In this document: positions 1 to 9,552 of the stretch, one piece after another
Layout of the letters: every line of letters starts with the position of its first letter
Position numbering within the stretch: the stretch's first letter is position 1
DNA from: a virus
IMG/VR virus record: IMGVR_UViG_3300032236_001530
Location: 64,001-128,000 of that record
Direction: 5' to 3' (one strand)
DNA length: 64,000 nt
The notes under the pieces: generated by a model
The model's database searches: none
What the model saw: the letters and a program-made list of their open reading frames with translations, nothing else
Told to the model about the DNA's origin: nothing
Position numbers and translations under genes: made by a program

Positions 1-2
1 TT

Positions 3-212
3 AAGTTCAACAACCCAACAGATGGTATGGTTACTCTAGCATTTGTTGATGTTAATGGTAGAACTGTTAAAACAATATTAAATGAGTATATGCCAAGTGG
101 TGATTATATCTACAGATCAAATTTAAGTGGATTTGCTGCTGGTAACTACTTTGCAACAATGACATCGGCTACAGCAATATCTGTTAGTAAAACGGTGTTA
201 AATGATAACTAA
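3..212 (+). CDS. C-terminal part of a secreted protein with a T9SS (Por) type A sorting domain; 5' truncated by the window edge
   Basis: Frame open from position 3. The tail ...VDVNGRTVKTI...G.Y......L..GNYF......SKTVL matches the Bacteroidota Por secretion-tail pattern. Confidence 0.65.
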   Translation, partial: KFNNPTDGMVTLAFVDVNGRTVKTILNEYMPSGDYIYRSNLSGFAAGNYFATMTSATAISVSKTVLNDN

Positions 213-287
213 TAAAATTCCTAACCAACCTCTCAGAAATGGGTGGATGGTTAGCTAAAAATAAAACAAAAAATAAAAACAACAATT

Positions 288-617
288 ATGGCAGAAGAAA
301 CACAAAATGTGGAATCATCAAATGATGGTACATGGTCAAGTCTTAAAAAAACAATCATTGGTGCTATATCAACAGCAATTTTAGCTGGTGGTACTTGGGT
401 AACTACACACTTATTTAGCGGTAGTGATTCAAAAGAAGAACACAAAACTGAACAAGTTGCAGCACCGGCTCCAGTTATTAATATTACAAATAGTAATGCT
501 CAACAACCAGCAGCGGGTAATACAACTATTATAAAAGAAAGAGTTGTTGAAAAAGCAGCACCTGCTGAAAAGAAAGCAGAACCAAAGAAAAAAGATGAAA
601 CTGATTCACCTTGGTAA
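288..617 (+). CDS. Membrane-anchored hypothetical protein
   Basis: One hydrophobic segment (IIGAISTAILAGGTW) followed by a low-complexity P/A/E/K tail. Confidence 0.6.
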   Translation: MAEETQNVESSNDGTWSSLKKTIIGAISTAILAGGTWVTTHLFSGSDSKEEHKTEQVAAPAPVINITNSNAQQPAAGNTTIIKERVVEKAAPAEKKAEPKKKDETDSPW

Positions 618-655
618 TTAGTATTAAAAAATTAAATAAAAAATAAATTAAAACA

Positions 656-1306
656 ATGGGATTTAAAGATTTTTTTAGTAGCAAAGCAGATTATGTAAAA
701 GTAGACAATAATAACAGATTCTACTATATGCTTCAACAAATGCAAGTTAATAGATGGAAAATTACATCAATAGTATTAGGTATATTTGTACTTATAATTG
801 TAGGTATTAATGCTGGTGTATTCTTAGGATCAAAAATTAATGAAGATTGGAAAGAAATGTTACTTATCTTATTAGGTGCTTTCGTTGGTAATCTTAACAA
901 GGTTGTTGACTATTGGTTCAACTCTGAAGATAGAGATAAAATGTTGATTCAAAAAGTTGACGAGGAAGATGGTGTGTCACTTTCAAATGTTGCTGAGTTT
1001 CCAAACTCACCAAAGGTTGAAAAACCAATGCCTGATTATACATCATCAATGAAAAAAAAAGTTGATGTAGTTGAGACTCCAGTGGTTGAAACACCAGTGG
1101 TTGAATCAAAACCAACATCTGTTACAAAGGTAGAAATCGATGAAGATGGCGATGGTGTTACTGATGGTTATGATATTGATGGTGATGGCACTATTGATGA
1201 GTATTTCCCACATAGAAATTGTCAACACATTTGGGGTGACGCTGATGGTGATGGTTTTGAAGAATGTCAAAACTGTGGATTGTTAAGAAGTCAATCAGGA
1301 GAATAA
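656..1306 (+). CDS. Two-TM membrane protein with C-terminal DxDxDG (Ca-binding-like) repeats and a CxxC motif
   Basis: Two hydrophobic helices; DEDGDG, DIDGDG, DADGDG; CQNC. Confidence 0.6.
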   Translation: MGFKDFFSSKADYVKVDNNNRFYYMLQQMQVNRWKITSIVLGIFVLIIVGINAGVFLGSKINEDWKEMLLILLGAFVGNLNKVVDYWFNSEDRDKMLIQKVDEEDGVSLSNVAEFPNSPKVEKPMPDYTSSMKKKVDVVETPVVETPVVESKPTSVTKVEIDEDGDGVTDGYDIDGDGTIDEYFPHRNCQHIWGDADGDGFEECQNCGLLRSQSGE

Positions 1307-1322
1307 AAAAATAAAATTAAGA

Positions 1323-2042
1323 ATGAAACCACTACTTTTAACCCTTATAATGATATTGTCTTTCGGTTTTTGTAGAGCTCAAATTGGCTCTATAAAAACT
1401 GAAGCATATCAAGCTGCGTTTGAAAAAACTCAGTCTATTGATAGTGTGTCTAACTATACAGACACAATTAAAGTTCCTATTCAATTATTAAAAATTGGTA
1501 TTAATGCGGAACTATATGAAATGTACCCTGAGCTTAAAGATAAAAGAGTAGGTCTAGGTGTTACAAACATTGTTATTGAATATTTAGAAATGACTAATAG
1601 ATTTGTCTTTACTGAAGATAAATTAGAAATTAAAGAAAGAATGGTTAGTCAATTTAAAGCTTCTGATAAAGGATTTACTGAAAATAAAATGGATGGTAGA
1701 GGTAAGATTAAACTTGCTAAGTACTTTGTTTATATTGAGGTTTATGACTTTTCAGTGTCAGAAGATGAAGTTGTTAAAATAAAAGGAGAATCTAAAACAA
1801 CACAAACAACAAGACTTGGTCTTCAAGTTAAATTTGTAGATGCTGAAACAGGTGAAATACTTGTTGGATCTGGTTTAGGTGAGGCATCAACTATTAAAAC
1901 AGAATCTATACTTGATGGTATAGACGAGACACCGGTTAAATTTAACCAATCTACAATCGGTACAACTACTAAAAAAGCACTTGAAACTGCTTCTTCTAGA
2001 ATTGTATCCAGAATGATAAAAAAGGGTATTTTTAAATCGTAA
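1323..2042 (+). CDS. CsgG/HfaB-like secreted protein
   Basis: Signal peptide; GLGVTNIV..L..TNRF and LQVKFVDAETGEI..GSG.G resemble the CsgG-family fold. Confidence 0.6.
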   Translation: MKPLLLTLIMILSFGFCRAQIGSIKTEAYQAAFEKTQSIDSVSNYTDTIKVPIQLLKIGINAELYEMYPELKDKRVGLGVTNIVIEYLEMTNRFVFTEDKLEIKERMVSQFKASDKGFTENKMDGRGKIKLAKYFVYIEVYDFSVSEDEVVKIKGESKTTQTTRLGLQVKFVDAETGEILVGSGLGEASTIKTESILDGIDETPVKFNQSTIGTTTKKALETASSRIVSRMIKKGIFKS

Positions 2043-3578
2043 ATGTATGTCAAGAGCCTTATATTCGCAATCTTATTGTTTGTTTTACCTGATTTAGTGA
2101 GGGCACAGAACTATGTTTATTCATATGCTGACCCTTGTACCGGTGTATTAAAAACTATTAATGTCCCAACAAATGGAGTCACTGTTACTTATTTTGGACA
2201 AATGCACACTTTTAACCCTGCTGATTTTACAAATGGTAATTTCAGTAACTGGGCTAGTGGTGTTTTTGGATCATTTGGTGGGAATAACCCTTGTGGTTCT
2301 ACAATCGGCGTAAGTACAAGTGTTAGTATGGCTCAGAATAGTGCCATGAATGTTTTAAGTGTAATGAACTCATTATCAGCTATTAGTGATATTGCTAGCA
2401 GCATAGGTGGTAGCACCGGTGGATTAAATACAAATGGCGCTACTGAAAGTACAAAGAGTGGTGATGGTAAGTCATCAGATAAAAAAGATGATAAGTCTGG
2501 TTCTGGTGGATCATCATCGGATGATAAGTCAGGTGGTTCAGGATCAGGTGGTTCAGGATCGGGTGGTTCAGGATCAGGTGGTTCAGGATCAGGTGGTTCA
2601 GGATCAGGTGGTTCAGGATCAGGTGGTTCAGGATCAGGTGGTTCAGGATCAGGTGGTTCAGGATCAGGCGGTTCAGGATCAGGCGGTTCAGGATCAGGCG
2701 GTTCAGGATCAGGCGGTTCAGGATCAGGCGGTTCAGGATCAGGCGGTTCAGGATCAGGCGGTTCAGGATCGGGTGGTTCAGGATCAGGTGGATCTAATCC
2801 TGATAATTCTACAAATAGTTCAGCAACAACCGATAATGATAAAAAATCAAATATATTAGGTGGTTCCGTGACTTCCATACAAAATGGATCCGGAAGTGGA
2901 AGCAGTAGTAATAAAGGTGGTCCAGGTAGTAAAGAAGGTGGTAAGCCAACAATTGTTGTCAGCTCTGACTTTGCTGGTTTCAACTTCAAAAGTGGTGATG
3001 TTTCTTATGGTGGTAAAGCAACCGGTGGTTGGACAGCTCTTAATTGGAACGGTACAAGATCACATGGATTTATGTTAGATTACACATCAGCTAATAAAGG
3101 TCCTAACTTTACAGCATTTTATGCTATTATTAAAAAAAGAAGAATTGACCTTATATCCGTAACAGGAACAACAAGCTTTTATGGTGCTGGTTCATTATAT
3201 GGTACATTGGCACTTGGTCAGATGTGGAGTTTTCCAAAGATTAAAAATCTTAAAGCCATATATATGGCGACATCATCATATGGTAGTGTGTACGGTACAA
3301 AATTCTTAGGAACTGCATTCATCACTGGTGGTATGTATGACTTTAAAATAGGTAAAAGAACTCAAATTAAACTCACAAATTTATTTATATATGCTCCTTA
3401 TATCAGTTATTACAATGACATGGTTTTAAAATCCCCATATGTCATAATGCCTATTGTTGGTACAAATATAGGTATAACAAAAAAATTCAAACTAAACGTG
3501 AACTTTGGTGGAACATATGCCTTAGGCGAAAATGTTTTAAACTTTACGGTTATGATGGGGACAAGACTTGCTTTATAA
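2043..3578 (+). CDS. Secreted protein: N-terminal domain, (GGSGS)17 linker, probable C-terminal beta-barrel
   Basis: Signal peptide, Gly/Ser repeat, C-terminal alternating aromatic/hydrophobic strands. Confidence 0.6.
   Translation: MYVKSLIFAILLFVLPDLVRAQNYVYSYADPCTGVLKTINVPTNGVTVTYFGQMHTFNPADFTNGNFSNWASGVFGSFGGNNPCGSTIGVSTSVSMAQNSAMNVLSVMNSLSAISDIASSIGGSTGGLNTNGATESTKSGDGKSSDKKDDKSGSGGSSSDDKSGGSGSGGSGSGGSGSGGSGSGGSGSGGSGSGGSGSGGSGSGGSGSGGSGSGGSGSGGSGSGGSGSGGSGSGGSGSGGSGSGGSGSGGSNPDNSTNSSATTDNDKKSNILGGSVTSIQNGSGSGSSSNKGGPGSKEGGKPTIVVSSDFAGFNFKSGDVSYGGKATGGWTALNWNGTRSHGFMLDYTSANKGPNFTAFYAIIKKRRIDLISVTGTTSFYGAGSLYGTLALGQMWSFPKIKNLKAIYMATSSYGSVYGTKFLGTAFITGGMYDFKIGKRTQIKLTNLFIYAPYISYYNDMVLKSPYVIMPIVGTNIGITKKFKLNVNFGGTYALGENVLNFTVMMGTRLAL
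2532..2786 (+). repeat. 17 x 15-bp tandem repeat (ggyggttcaggatcr) encoding GGSGS
   Basis: Read directly: units 1-9 start ggt, units 10-16 start ggc, unit 17 starts ggt. Confidence 0.95.
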
Positions 3579-3579
3579 G

Positions 3580-6552
3580 ATGAAAAAGATAGGATTATTA
3601 TTACTAACAACTTTATTATTTTTAGTTCCGAATTTAGTGTTAGCTCAAGCTACATCGATATCTATGTCTGGTTCAACATCGACTTTAACAGCATCATATA
3701 ATACAGCTACTGTTGTTGATCCAAACTTAACAATTAATGCAAATGGAACAATAACAAACTTCCGTGTTCAAATATCACAGACATACACATCTGGTGATGT
3801 TTTAGATTACACAGGTACTTTAAGTGGTGTTAGTGGTACTTTTAATTCAACTACCGGTGTGTTGGTTTTTACAGGTACTGCTGCTGCGGCAGATTGGCAA
3901 ACACTTTTAAGAACGGTTAGATTCAAATCAACAAGTACAACTTGTTATGCAAATCAAAGAAGAATTACATTCACCGCTGGTTCTGTTTATTATAATCCAC
4001 TAACATCTCACTTTTATGAGTTTGTTTCTGGTTCTATAACTTGGACAGGAGCATATACATCAGCAAGTGGTAGATCTTACTTTGGTAGAGCTGGTTATCT
4101 TTCTACAATGGCTTCATCTGCTGAGAATAACTTCATATGGAAAATTATGCCATCTGATGCTTGGTTTGGTGCTTCGGATGATTATACATATGTTAATGCT
4201 GCTTTAGGTACGACAACATACGCATCTCAATCTGCGGTAGAAGGTAAATGGCACTGGGTAACTGGTCCTGAAAAAGGAACTAACTTTTCTAATGGAAACA
4301 GTGGTGCTGGTCCTTATACTGTTACTGGTCAATATGCCAACTGGGCAGGTGGTGAACCAAATAACTCAGGTGGTAGTGAGAACTATGGACAATTCTACTC
4401 ATCAAATAATGGTATGTGGAATGACTTACCTAACTCAACTTTAAATGGATATATTTGTGAATATGGTGATATGCCAGGTGACTTAACAACAAGCAATCCT
4501 ATATCAACAAGAAGTATATCGATAACAAACGGATCTAGTGGTTATATAACTGGTGGTGATATAAATGTTTGTTCTGGTAGTAACAGTACAACACTTACAT
4601 TAAATGGATTAACTGGCTCAGTGGTTAGATGGGAGTCATCTTTAGATAACTTTTTTACAACTGGTACAACAATATCAAGTACTTCTACAAGTATCACCGT
4701 TACTAACATCACATCTACTACATATTATAGAGCTATTGTAAACTCAACAAGTCCTTACTCTTGTTCTTCATTGGCATCATCAAGTACCTATCTTACGGTT
4801 AAACCAACTATGTCAGGTTCGGTGTTTGCTGATAACAATACTATTTGTTCTGGTGGTAGTGTTAATCTTACTTTATCTGGTCAACAAGGTAATGTAAATA
4901 AATGGCAAAGATCATCTGATAATACAAACTGGACAGATATAAGTAATACAACTACTTCATTAACAGAAACTCTTTATGGTTTAGGTAATGGTTTAAATAT
5001 GGATGGATCTAACGATTATGTTTTACTTCCTAAACCAACTCTAAATAATATGACAATTGAGTACTGGGTAAAAACAACTCAAACATCATTAACAGGTACA
5101 CAATGGTATAATGGTAATGGTATAGTTGATGCTGAAGTTGCTGGCTCAACATCTGATTTTGGTACTTCATTATTAAATGGTAAACTAGCCTTTGGTGTAG
5201 GTAATCCAGATGCTACAATACAATCAACAACAAGTATTAATACAGGAGCATGGACTCACGTTGCTGCTACTTGGAATGGTTCAACTGGTGAAATGAAAAT
5301 TTATATTAATGGTGTTTTAGAAGCAACTGGTACTGGCGCAACTGGTACAAGAACAGCACCACCTAATATTAGAATTGGTTCTATACAAACAGGAATTCAA
5401 TATTTTAATGGAACTATTGATGAGTTAAGAATTTGGAATGTAGTAAGATCTCAAAGTGATATTCAATCTAATATGTATAGTGAGGTATCAACATCTTCTT
5501 CGCTATCATCTTATTATAAATTCAACCAAGGTACATCAAATGGTTCTAACTCAGGTCAAACATCATTAACTGATGCGAGTGGTAACAGTAACACAGGTAC
5601 TCTTTATAACTTTGCTTTAACTGGCACTACTTCAAACTGGACAGATGGTATGGGTGCTGGTTATTATTATCGTGTTGAAGTTCAAACACCAAGTTGTGGT
5701 GCCGCTGTTTATTCACCTTCTAAATTAATTACTGTAACATCTGGCACACCGCCAAATGGTGGTTCTGTTTCATCAGCTGTTCACGCGACTACTACAAACT
5801 CAGGTACACTAACTTTAAGTGGTTATACAGGAACAATTGTTAAATGGCAAAAATCTACAAACAGTGGTGTTACTTGGTCTGATATAGCTAATACAGCCGC
5901 TACATATAGTTACACAAACCAAACTGACGGGACTTTATTTAGAGCTCAGTTAACTAGTGGAACTTGTGGTAATGCTTACTCACAAGCTGGTATGATTACA
6001 GTAGCTCCTTTTGCTTATTCTGGTTACATATATAACTCAGAAGGTATTGGTGTTGCGGGTATACCTGTTAAGTTTTATTATAAAGATAAAACACAATCTA
6101 CATATACTTTAGTTGGTAGTTTTATAACTGATAGTAACGGTAAATATACAATAACATCAACTCTTAGTATTAACATATATGACTTTAGAATTGCAATTGA
6201 TAATTTATCTGTTGCGCCTCCAACTACAATTGATGCTCAATATTTTAATCAAAAAGTTTTATCACAAACATTTAACGCTAAAGATTATTATAGAATGGAT
6301 GTTAATGATAATAACAATTTAAACATTGCTGATGTTTATCAAATTTTCTATAGATTATCAGGTGGTATATCAAATTGGCAGTTTTCGGTTCCAGCTTATA
6401 GATTGTTCACATCATCTCAATGGTCTGTTATAAACTCATCTAATTTAAATTTGAAATCCACATATGTTGGAGTACAATCAATTGTAGTTGATTCATTAAT
6501 ATCTAACGGTTCAACTAATTTATATTTAATTAGAACAGGTTATAAACAATAA
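3580..6552 (+). CDS. Large secreted adhesin-like protein: C-type lectin, Ig-like repeats, LamG/ConA domain, dockerin-like motif
   Basis: Signal peptide MKKIGLLLL (ATG 3580); CTL motifs NW..GEPNN, WND, YICEY; LamG motifs TIEYWVK, WTHVAATW, FNGTIDELRIWN; DVNDNNNLNIADV. Confidence 0.75.
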   Translation: MKKIGLLLLTTLLFLVPNLVLAQATSISMSGSTSTLTASYNTATVVDPNLTINANGTITNFRVQISQTYTSGDVLDYTGTLSGVSGTFNSTTGVLVFTGTAAAADWQTLLRTVRFKSTSTTCYANQRRITFTAGSVYYNPLTSHFYEFVSGSITWTGAYTSASGRSYFGRAGYLSTMASSAENNFIWKIMPSDAWFGASDDYTYVNAALGTTTYASQSAVEGKWHWVTGPEKGTNFSNGNSGAGPYTVTGQYANWAGGEPNNSGGSENYGQFYSSNNGMWNDLPNSTLNGYICEYGDMPGDLTTSNPISTRSISITNGSSGYITGGDINVCSGSNSTTLTLNGLTGSVVRWESSLDNFFTTGTTISSTSTSITVTNITSTTYYRAIVNSTSPYSCSSLASSSTYLTVKPTMSGSVFADNNTICSGGSVNLTLSGQQGNVNKWQRSSDNTNWTDISNTTTSLTETLYGLGNGLNMDGSNDYVLLPKPTLNNMTIEYWVKTTQTSLTGTQWYNGNGIVDAEVAGSTSDFGTSLLNGKLAFGVGNPDATIQSTTSINTGAWTHVAATWNGSTGEMKIYINGVLEATGTGATGTRTAPPNIRIGSIQTGIQYFNGTIDELRIWNVVRSQSDIQSNMYSEVSTSSSLSSYYKFNQGTSNGSNSGQTSLTDASGNSNTGTLYNFALTGTTSNWTDGMGAGYYYRVEVQTPSCGAAVYSPSKLITVTSGTPPNGGSVSSAVHATTTNSGTLTLSGYTGTIVKWQKSTNSGVTWSDIANTAATYSYTNQTDGTLFRAQLTSGTCGNAYSQAGMITVAPFAYSGYIYNSEGIGVAGIPVKFYYKDKTQSTYTLVGSFITDSNGKYTITSTLSINIYDFRIAIDNLSVAPPTTIDAQYFNQKVLSQTFNAKDYYRMDVNDNNNLNIADVYQIFYRLSGGISNWQFSVPAYRLFTSSQWSVINSSNLNLKSTYVGVQSIVVDSLISNGSTNLYLIRTGYKQ

Positions 6553-6604
6553 GAAACTAAATCCAAATAAATACGACTTTTAAAAAAATAAATATATAAA
6601 TATT

Positions 6605-7066
6605 ATGAAAAAACTTTTATTTACGCTATTATTTTTAGCACCATTTATTACTTTTGCTCAATTACAACAATCTTGTGTTCATGTGGATTCAGTTTACTCA
6701 ACTTGTAAAGCAAAAGATTTAGGCAGAAGAGACATTAGATTTGGTATTAAACAAATTGTAGATGATGAATTATCAAATAAGTATTGTTTATCAGATTCTG
6801 GTGAACCTCTAAGAGTTGAGATTTATTATTTTGGAACACCAAAAACAACATTAAGAATTGCTGGTATTGAGAAAACAGACCAATTAACGCAAGTAGGTGT
6901 TAGAATTTACTACAAAGGACAAAAATATGAAGGTATTGGTGAATCTGAAGTTGAGGTAAGAGCTGTCCTAATTGAATTAGTAGATGGTAAAGTACCATTT
7001 AGTCAAACAGCTGTTTCATCCGCTATAAAGAAAGGAATCATCGAATGTATATCAAAAATGCCTTAA
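6605..7066 (+). CDS. Secreted hypothetical protein
   Basis: Signal peptide. The C-terminus (PFSQTAVSSAIKK) resembles that of the CsgG-like protein at 1323 (KFNQSTIGTTTKKA). Confidence 0.55.
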   Translation: MKKLLFTLLFLAPFITFAQLQQSCVHVDSVYSTCKAKDLGRRDIRFGIKQIVDDELSNKYCLSDSGEPLRVEIYYFGTPKTTLRIAGIEKTDQLTQVGVRIYYKGQKYEGIGESEVEVRAVLIELVDGKVPFSQTAVSSAIKKGIIECISKMP

Positions 7067-7497
7067 TACTTTTATTTATACTTCTATCTAGTAATTTATT
7101 TGCGCAAACTCAAATAGATGACGTTGGAGATGGTTGGAAATTAAAAGTAGACTCAGCTATCAATTTGATAAAAAAGACCAGCCCTGAGCATTATAAACAG
7201 GTTTCTGAGTATTGTAAACATGTTAGTTACTGGATGGGTGGATTTTCAACAACTCAAGATTCTGATATCGTTTTGATATCAACAAAAGATATGAAAATAG
7301 GCTCAGTTAATAACATAGCTTGTATATTAGTTCATGAGTCTCATCACTTGTATATTAAGAGTAAACATATAATACTAACCCCTAAAAAAGAAGAATTGGA
7401 ATGTTATATGTATGAATATGAGTTCATAAAGAAAGTAAACAACCCTGAAAACTGGCTGATTACACACATTATAAAAAATATTATTAATAATAAATAA
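7045..7497 (+). CDS. Secreted zincin-like metallopeptidase
   Basis: Signal peptide, LVHESHH (HExxH) and downstream EE. Confidence 0.55.
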   Translation: MYIKNALILLFILLSSNLFAQTQIDDVGDGWKLKVDSAINLIKKTSPEHYKQVSEYCKHVSYWMGGFSTTQDSDIVLISTKDMKIGSVNNIACILVHESHHLYIKSKHIILTPKKEELECYMYEYEFIKKVNNPENWLITHIIKNIINNK

Positions 7498-7526
7498 AAA
7501 ACCCACCAATTGGTGGGTTTCTTTTT
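7496..7526. terminator. Bidirectional intrinsic terminator
   Basis: A-tract, acccaccaattggtgggt palindrome, T-tract, between convergent genes. Confidence 0.85.
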
Positions 7527-7893
7527 ACTTAATACTCTCAAGTATATTCTTAATCTCTTCCAAGTGATACTTGTTACTTTTAACACTTTTCATTTTCTTT
7601 TCTAAGAAAAGGTTATTACTGATAACACACTTAGCATTGTTGTTATAATATTTGATATAAGAATCAATGTCAATTTTGCTAAGTTTGTAGTTAGAACTTC
7701 CTATCTTTTCAAGTTGGAAAAAGTCCTCGTTTATTTTAATTACTTTGAAATAAGTGAATTCATTGTAGTCATATTCGTGATAACTACCTTCAGCATTCCA
7801 CTTAAAAGTTGCCTTTGGTTTCACAAAAGTGTGTTGAGATGTTTTAGTTAAATAATTAACGATTTCTTGTTTGATTTGTTCTGCGTTTTTCAT
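7525..7893 (-). CDS. Hypothetical protein; last gene of the TAG-gated operon
   Basis: 122-aa ORF starting 4 nt after the HD gene stop. Confidence 0.6.
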   Translation of the reverse strand: MKNAEQIKQEIVNYLTKTSQHTFVKPKATFKWNAEGSYHEYDYNEFTYFKVIKINEDFFQLEKIGSSNYKLSKIDIDSYIKYYNNNAKCVISNNLFLEKKMKSVKSNKYHLEEIKNILESIK

Positions 7894-7897
7894 AATA

Positions 7898-8485
7898 TTA
7901 ATTTTTATTTTTTAATTGATTTATAATTTGTTTACCTCTTTGGTTAATACATTTCCATTTAATCTTGAAAGAGGTTGAATCAAGACCACCGAACATTTGA
8001 GCATTTGAATGTAACTCGGCTAACCCCGTTAACAATAAGGTTAAGGCATAAGGATTCTGACAGAATTGATTAACACCATCAGATTTCAATAAATGAATAT
8101 CCATGTCGTGTAGGATCAATTCAGCAGCAACTGAATTATTAAATACTTGGTTAAATACTTTATAAGATACTTCCGCATGATTTGGGAAATGTCTTTTACC
8201 ATCTGCGTCAATTTCTAAGCAGAATGGTTTACCACAATCGTGATAAATTGTGTATAGTTCTAATGTTTCATCATCTGGTAAAGACGATAAAAGAAGGTCT
8301 TTATTTTCTAAGACCCAATCTGGTAAATTCCATTCATATTGTAATGGTGTACCATTTCTTAAATGATTAATAAGGTCAAATAAGTAGTTCTTAACTGAAG
8401 TACCGTGTTCTAAAACAGATTGACCTTTGGTCTGTTCGCATTCAGACATTCTCTGAATTAATTCTTGTTTTGTAATCTACAACAT
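7898..8485 (-). CDS. HD-domain phosphohydrolase with an in-frame TAG at codon 3 (ML*ITKQELIQRMSECEQ...)
   Basis: H...HDCGK...HF.NH...H motifs. ATG at 8485-8483 lies 4 nt after the upstream stop and is in frame with the track ORF at 8449; TAG at 8479-8477. Confidence 0.75.
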
Positions 8486-8489
8486 AGTT

Positions 8490-9182
8490 TTATTTTTTAA
8501 TTTTTGTTTTTAATTCTTTACATAAATGTGGATGTACCCACTTTTCATTTTGAATATTTACTTCTTCGGCTTTGCCTTCTTCAAGTAAATTATTAAATAA
8601 TTGATATCTATCATGATGTCTTATTCCAGTAGTTTGATCTTTTATTGACTTAATATTACCATCTTCCATCTGAATAAACAAAGTTCCTTTTTTGTACTTA
8701 AAAGTTGATTTTGTTCTTTCATAATAAATTTCACAATCATCTTTTACTTTCCAAGCTTTGATTTCATAAACTTTTGGATCTTTTGGTTTACCAGTTAGCA
8801 ACTGATCAATTTTATACTCTCTATATTGAGGTTCTGTCATCTTGTATAAAGGTGCTATTCTAAATTCATAGCCATCTCTATGACTTGGGTAGATTTTAGT
8901 AGCTGCATCTAAAGCAGCACTTCTACTAACATAGATTCTATGATTCCAATAAGTAGACCAAGAATACCACTCACCTCGTGTATCTTTATATCTAAATTCT
9001 AATGTCCAACCATATACTTGAACATCATTGGCTACAGATTGTACTTTGAGTATTTGACTATCAGCAATAGCGTATTCTTTACCATTTATAGTGTATCTCA
9101 TTATATCACTATTATAATGGTCTTTAGGTTTTTCAACTTTTGTTGTTTGTTTTTTCTTAAAAATATTAAATAACTTTTTCAT
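8490..9182 (-). CDS. Hypothetical protein (internal REYKIDQLL motif)
   Basis: 230-aa ORF overlapping the end of the Pth2 gene by 17 nt. Confidence 0.65.
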   Translation of the reverse strand: MKKLFNIFKKKQTTKVEKPKDHYNSDIMRYTINGKEYAIADSQILKVQSVANDVQVYGWTLEFRYKDTRGEWYSWSTYWNHRIYVSRSAALDAATKIYPSHRDGYEFRIAPLYKMTEPQYREYKIDQLLTGKPKDPKVYEIKAWKVKDDCEIYYERTKSTFKYKKGTLFIQMEDGNIKSIKDQTTGIRHHDRYQLFNNLLEEGKAEEVNIQNEKWVHPHLCKELKTKIKK

Positions 9183-9528
9183 TTTGATTTGTTTTATTTT
9201 TTAGAGCTAAAGGTAAATGTGATAAGCTCTTACGAATTTGTGGAGTACCATAAAGACACACTGAAGTAAACTCATCTACATCAGGTTCAAAGAACATAAC
9301 AGCGTCTGTTAGTTCTTTATACTTATGATAAAGTTTTTGTAATTCAAATTCATTTTTAACTGATAAACAGATAATAGAATTTGATTCATCTTTCCACTTG
9401 GAAAAAGTTTTTGAGAATTCAAAAGCAAAGTCAGCAATTGAATGGGTTGATTGTACTACTTGGTAACCATCTGAGATATCACTTCTTGTGATAACAATTA
9501 ATTTTGGTTCTGTAATCTAATTTTTCAT
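9166..9528 (-). CDS. Pth2-like peptidyl-tRNA hydrolase with an in-frame TAG at codon 4; absent from the ORF track
   Basis: Manual translation: MKN*ITEPKLIVITRSDISDGYQVVQSTHSIADFAFEFSKTFSKWKDESNSIICLSVKNEFELQKLYHKYKELTDAVMFFEPDVDEFTSVCLYGTPQIRKSLSHLPLALKNKTNQNEKVI. It carries PTH2-family hallmarks (KL.+..R.D, Q..H, W, +.L.V..E.EL, F.EPD...T.+, L..LPL). Confidence 0.8.
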
Positions 9529-9552
9529 AATATATTTTTTTGTTTTTTGTTT

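Noticed and set aside
221-254. Intergenic hairpin CTAACCA/TGGTTAG as a terminator or riboswitch
   Set aside because: No U-tract on the coding strand and no recognisable aptamer; at most an mRNA-stabilising stem.
2532-2786. CRISPR array
   Set aside because: Contiguous 15-bp coding repeats with no spacers; no CRISPR array or cas gene was seen in the window.
2333-2989. ORFs encoding (PPDPE)n and (VVQDQ)n
   Set aside because: Antisense and alternate-frame shadows of the stop-free 15-bp repeat.
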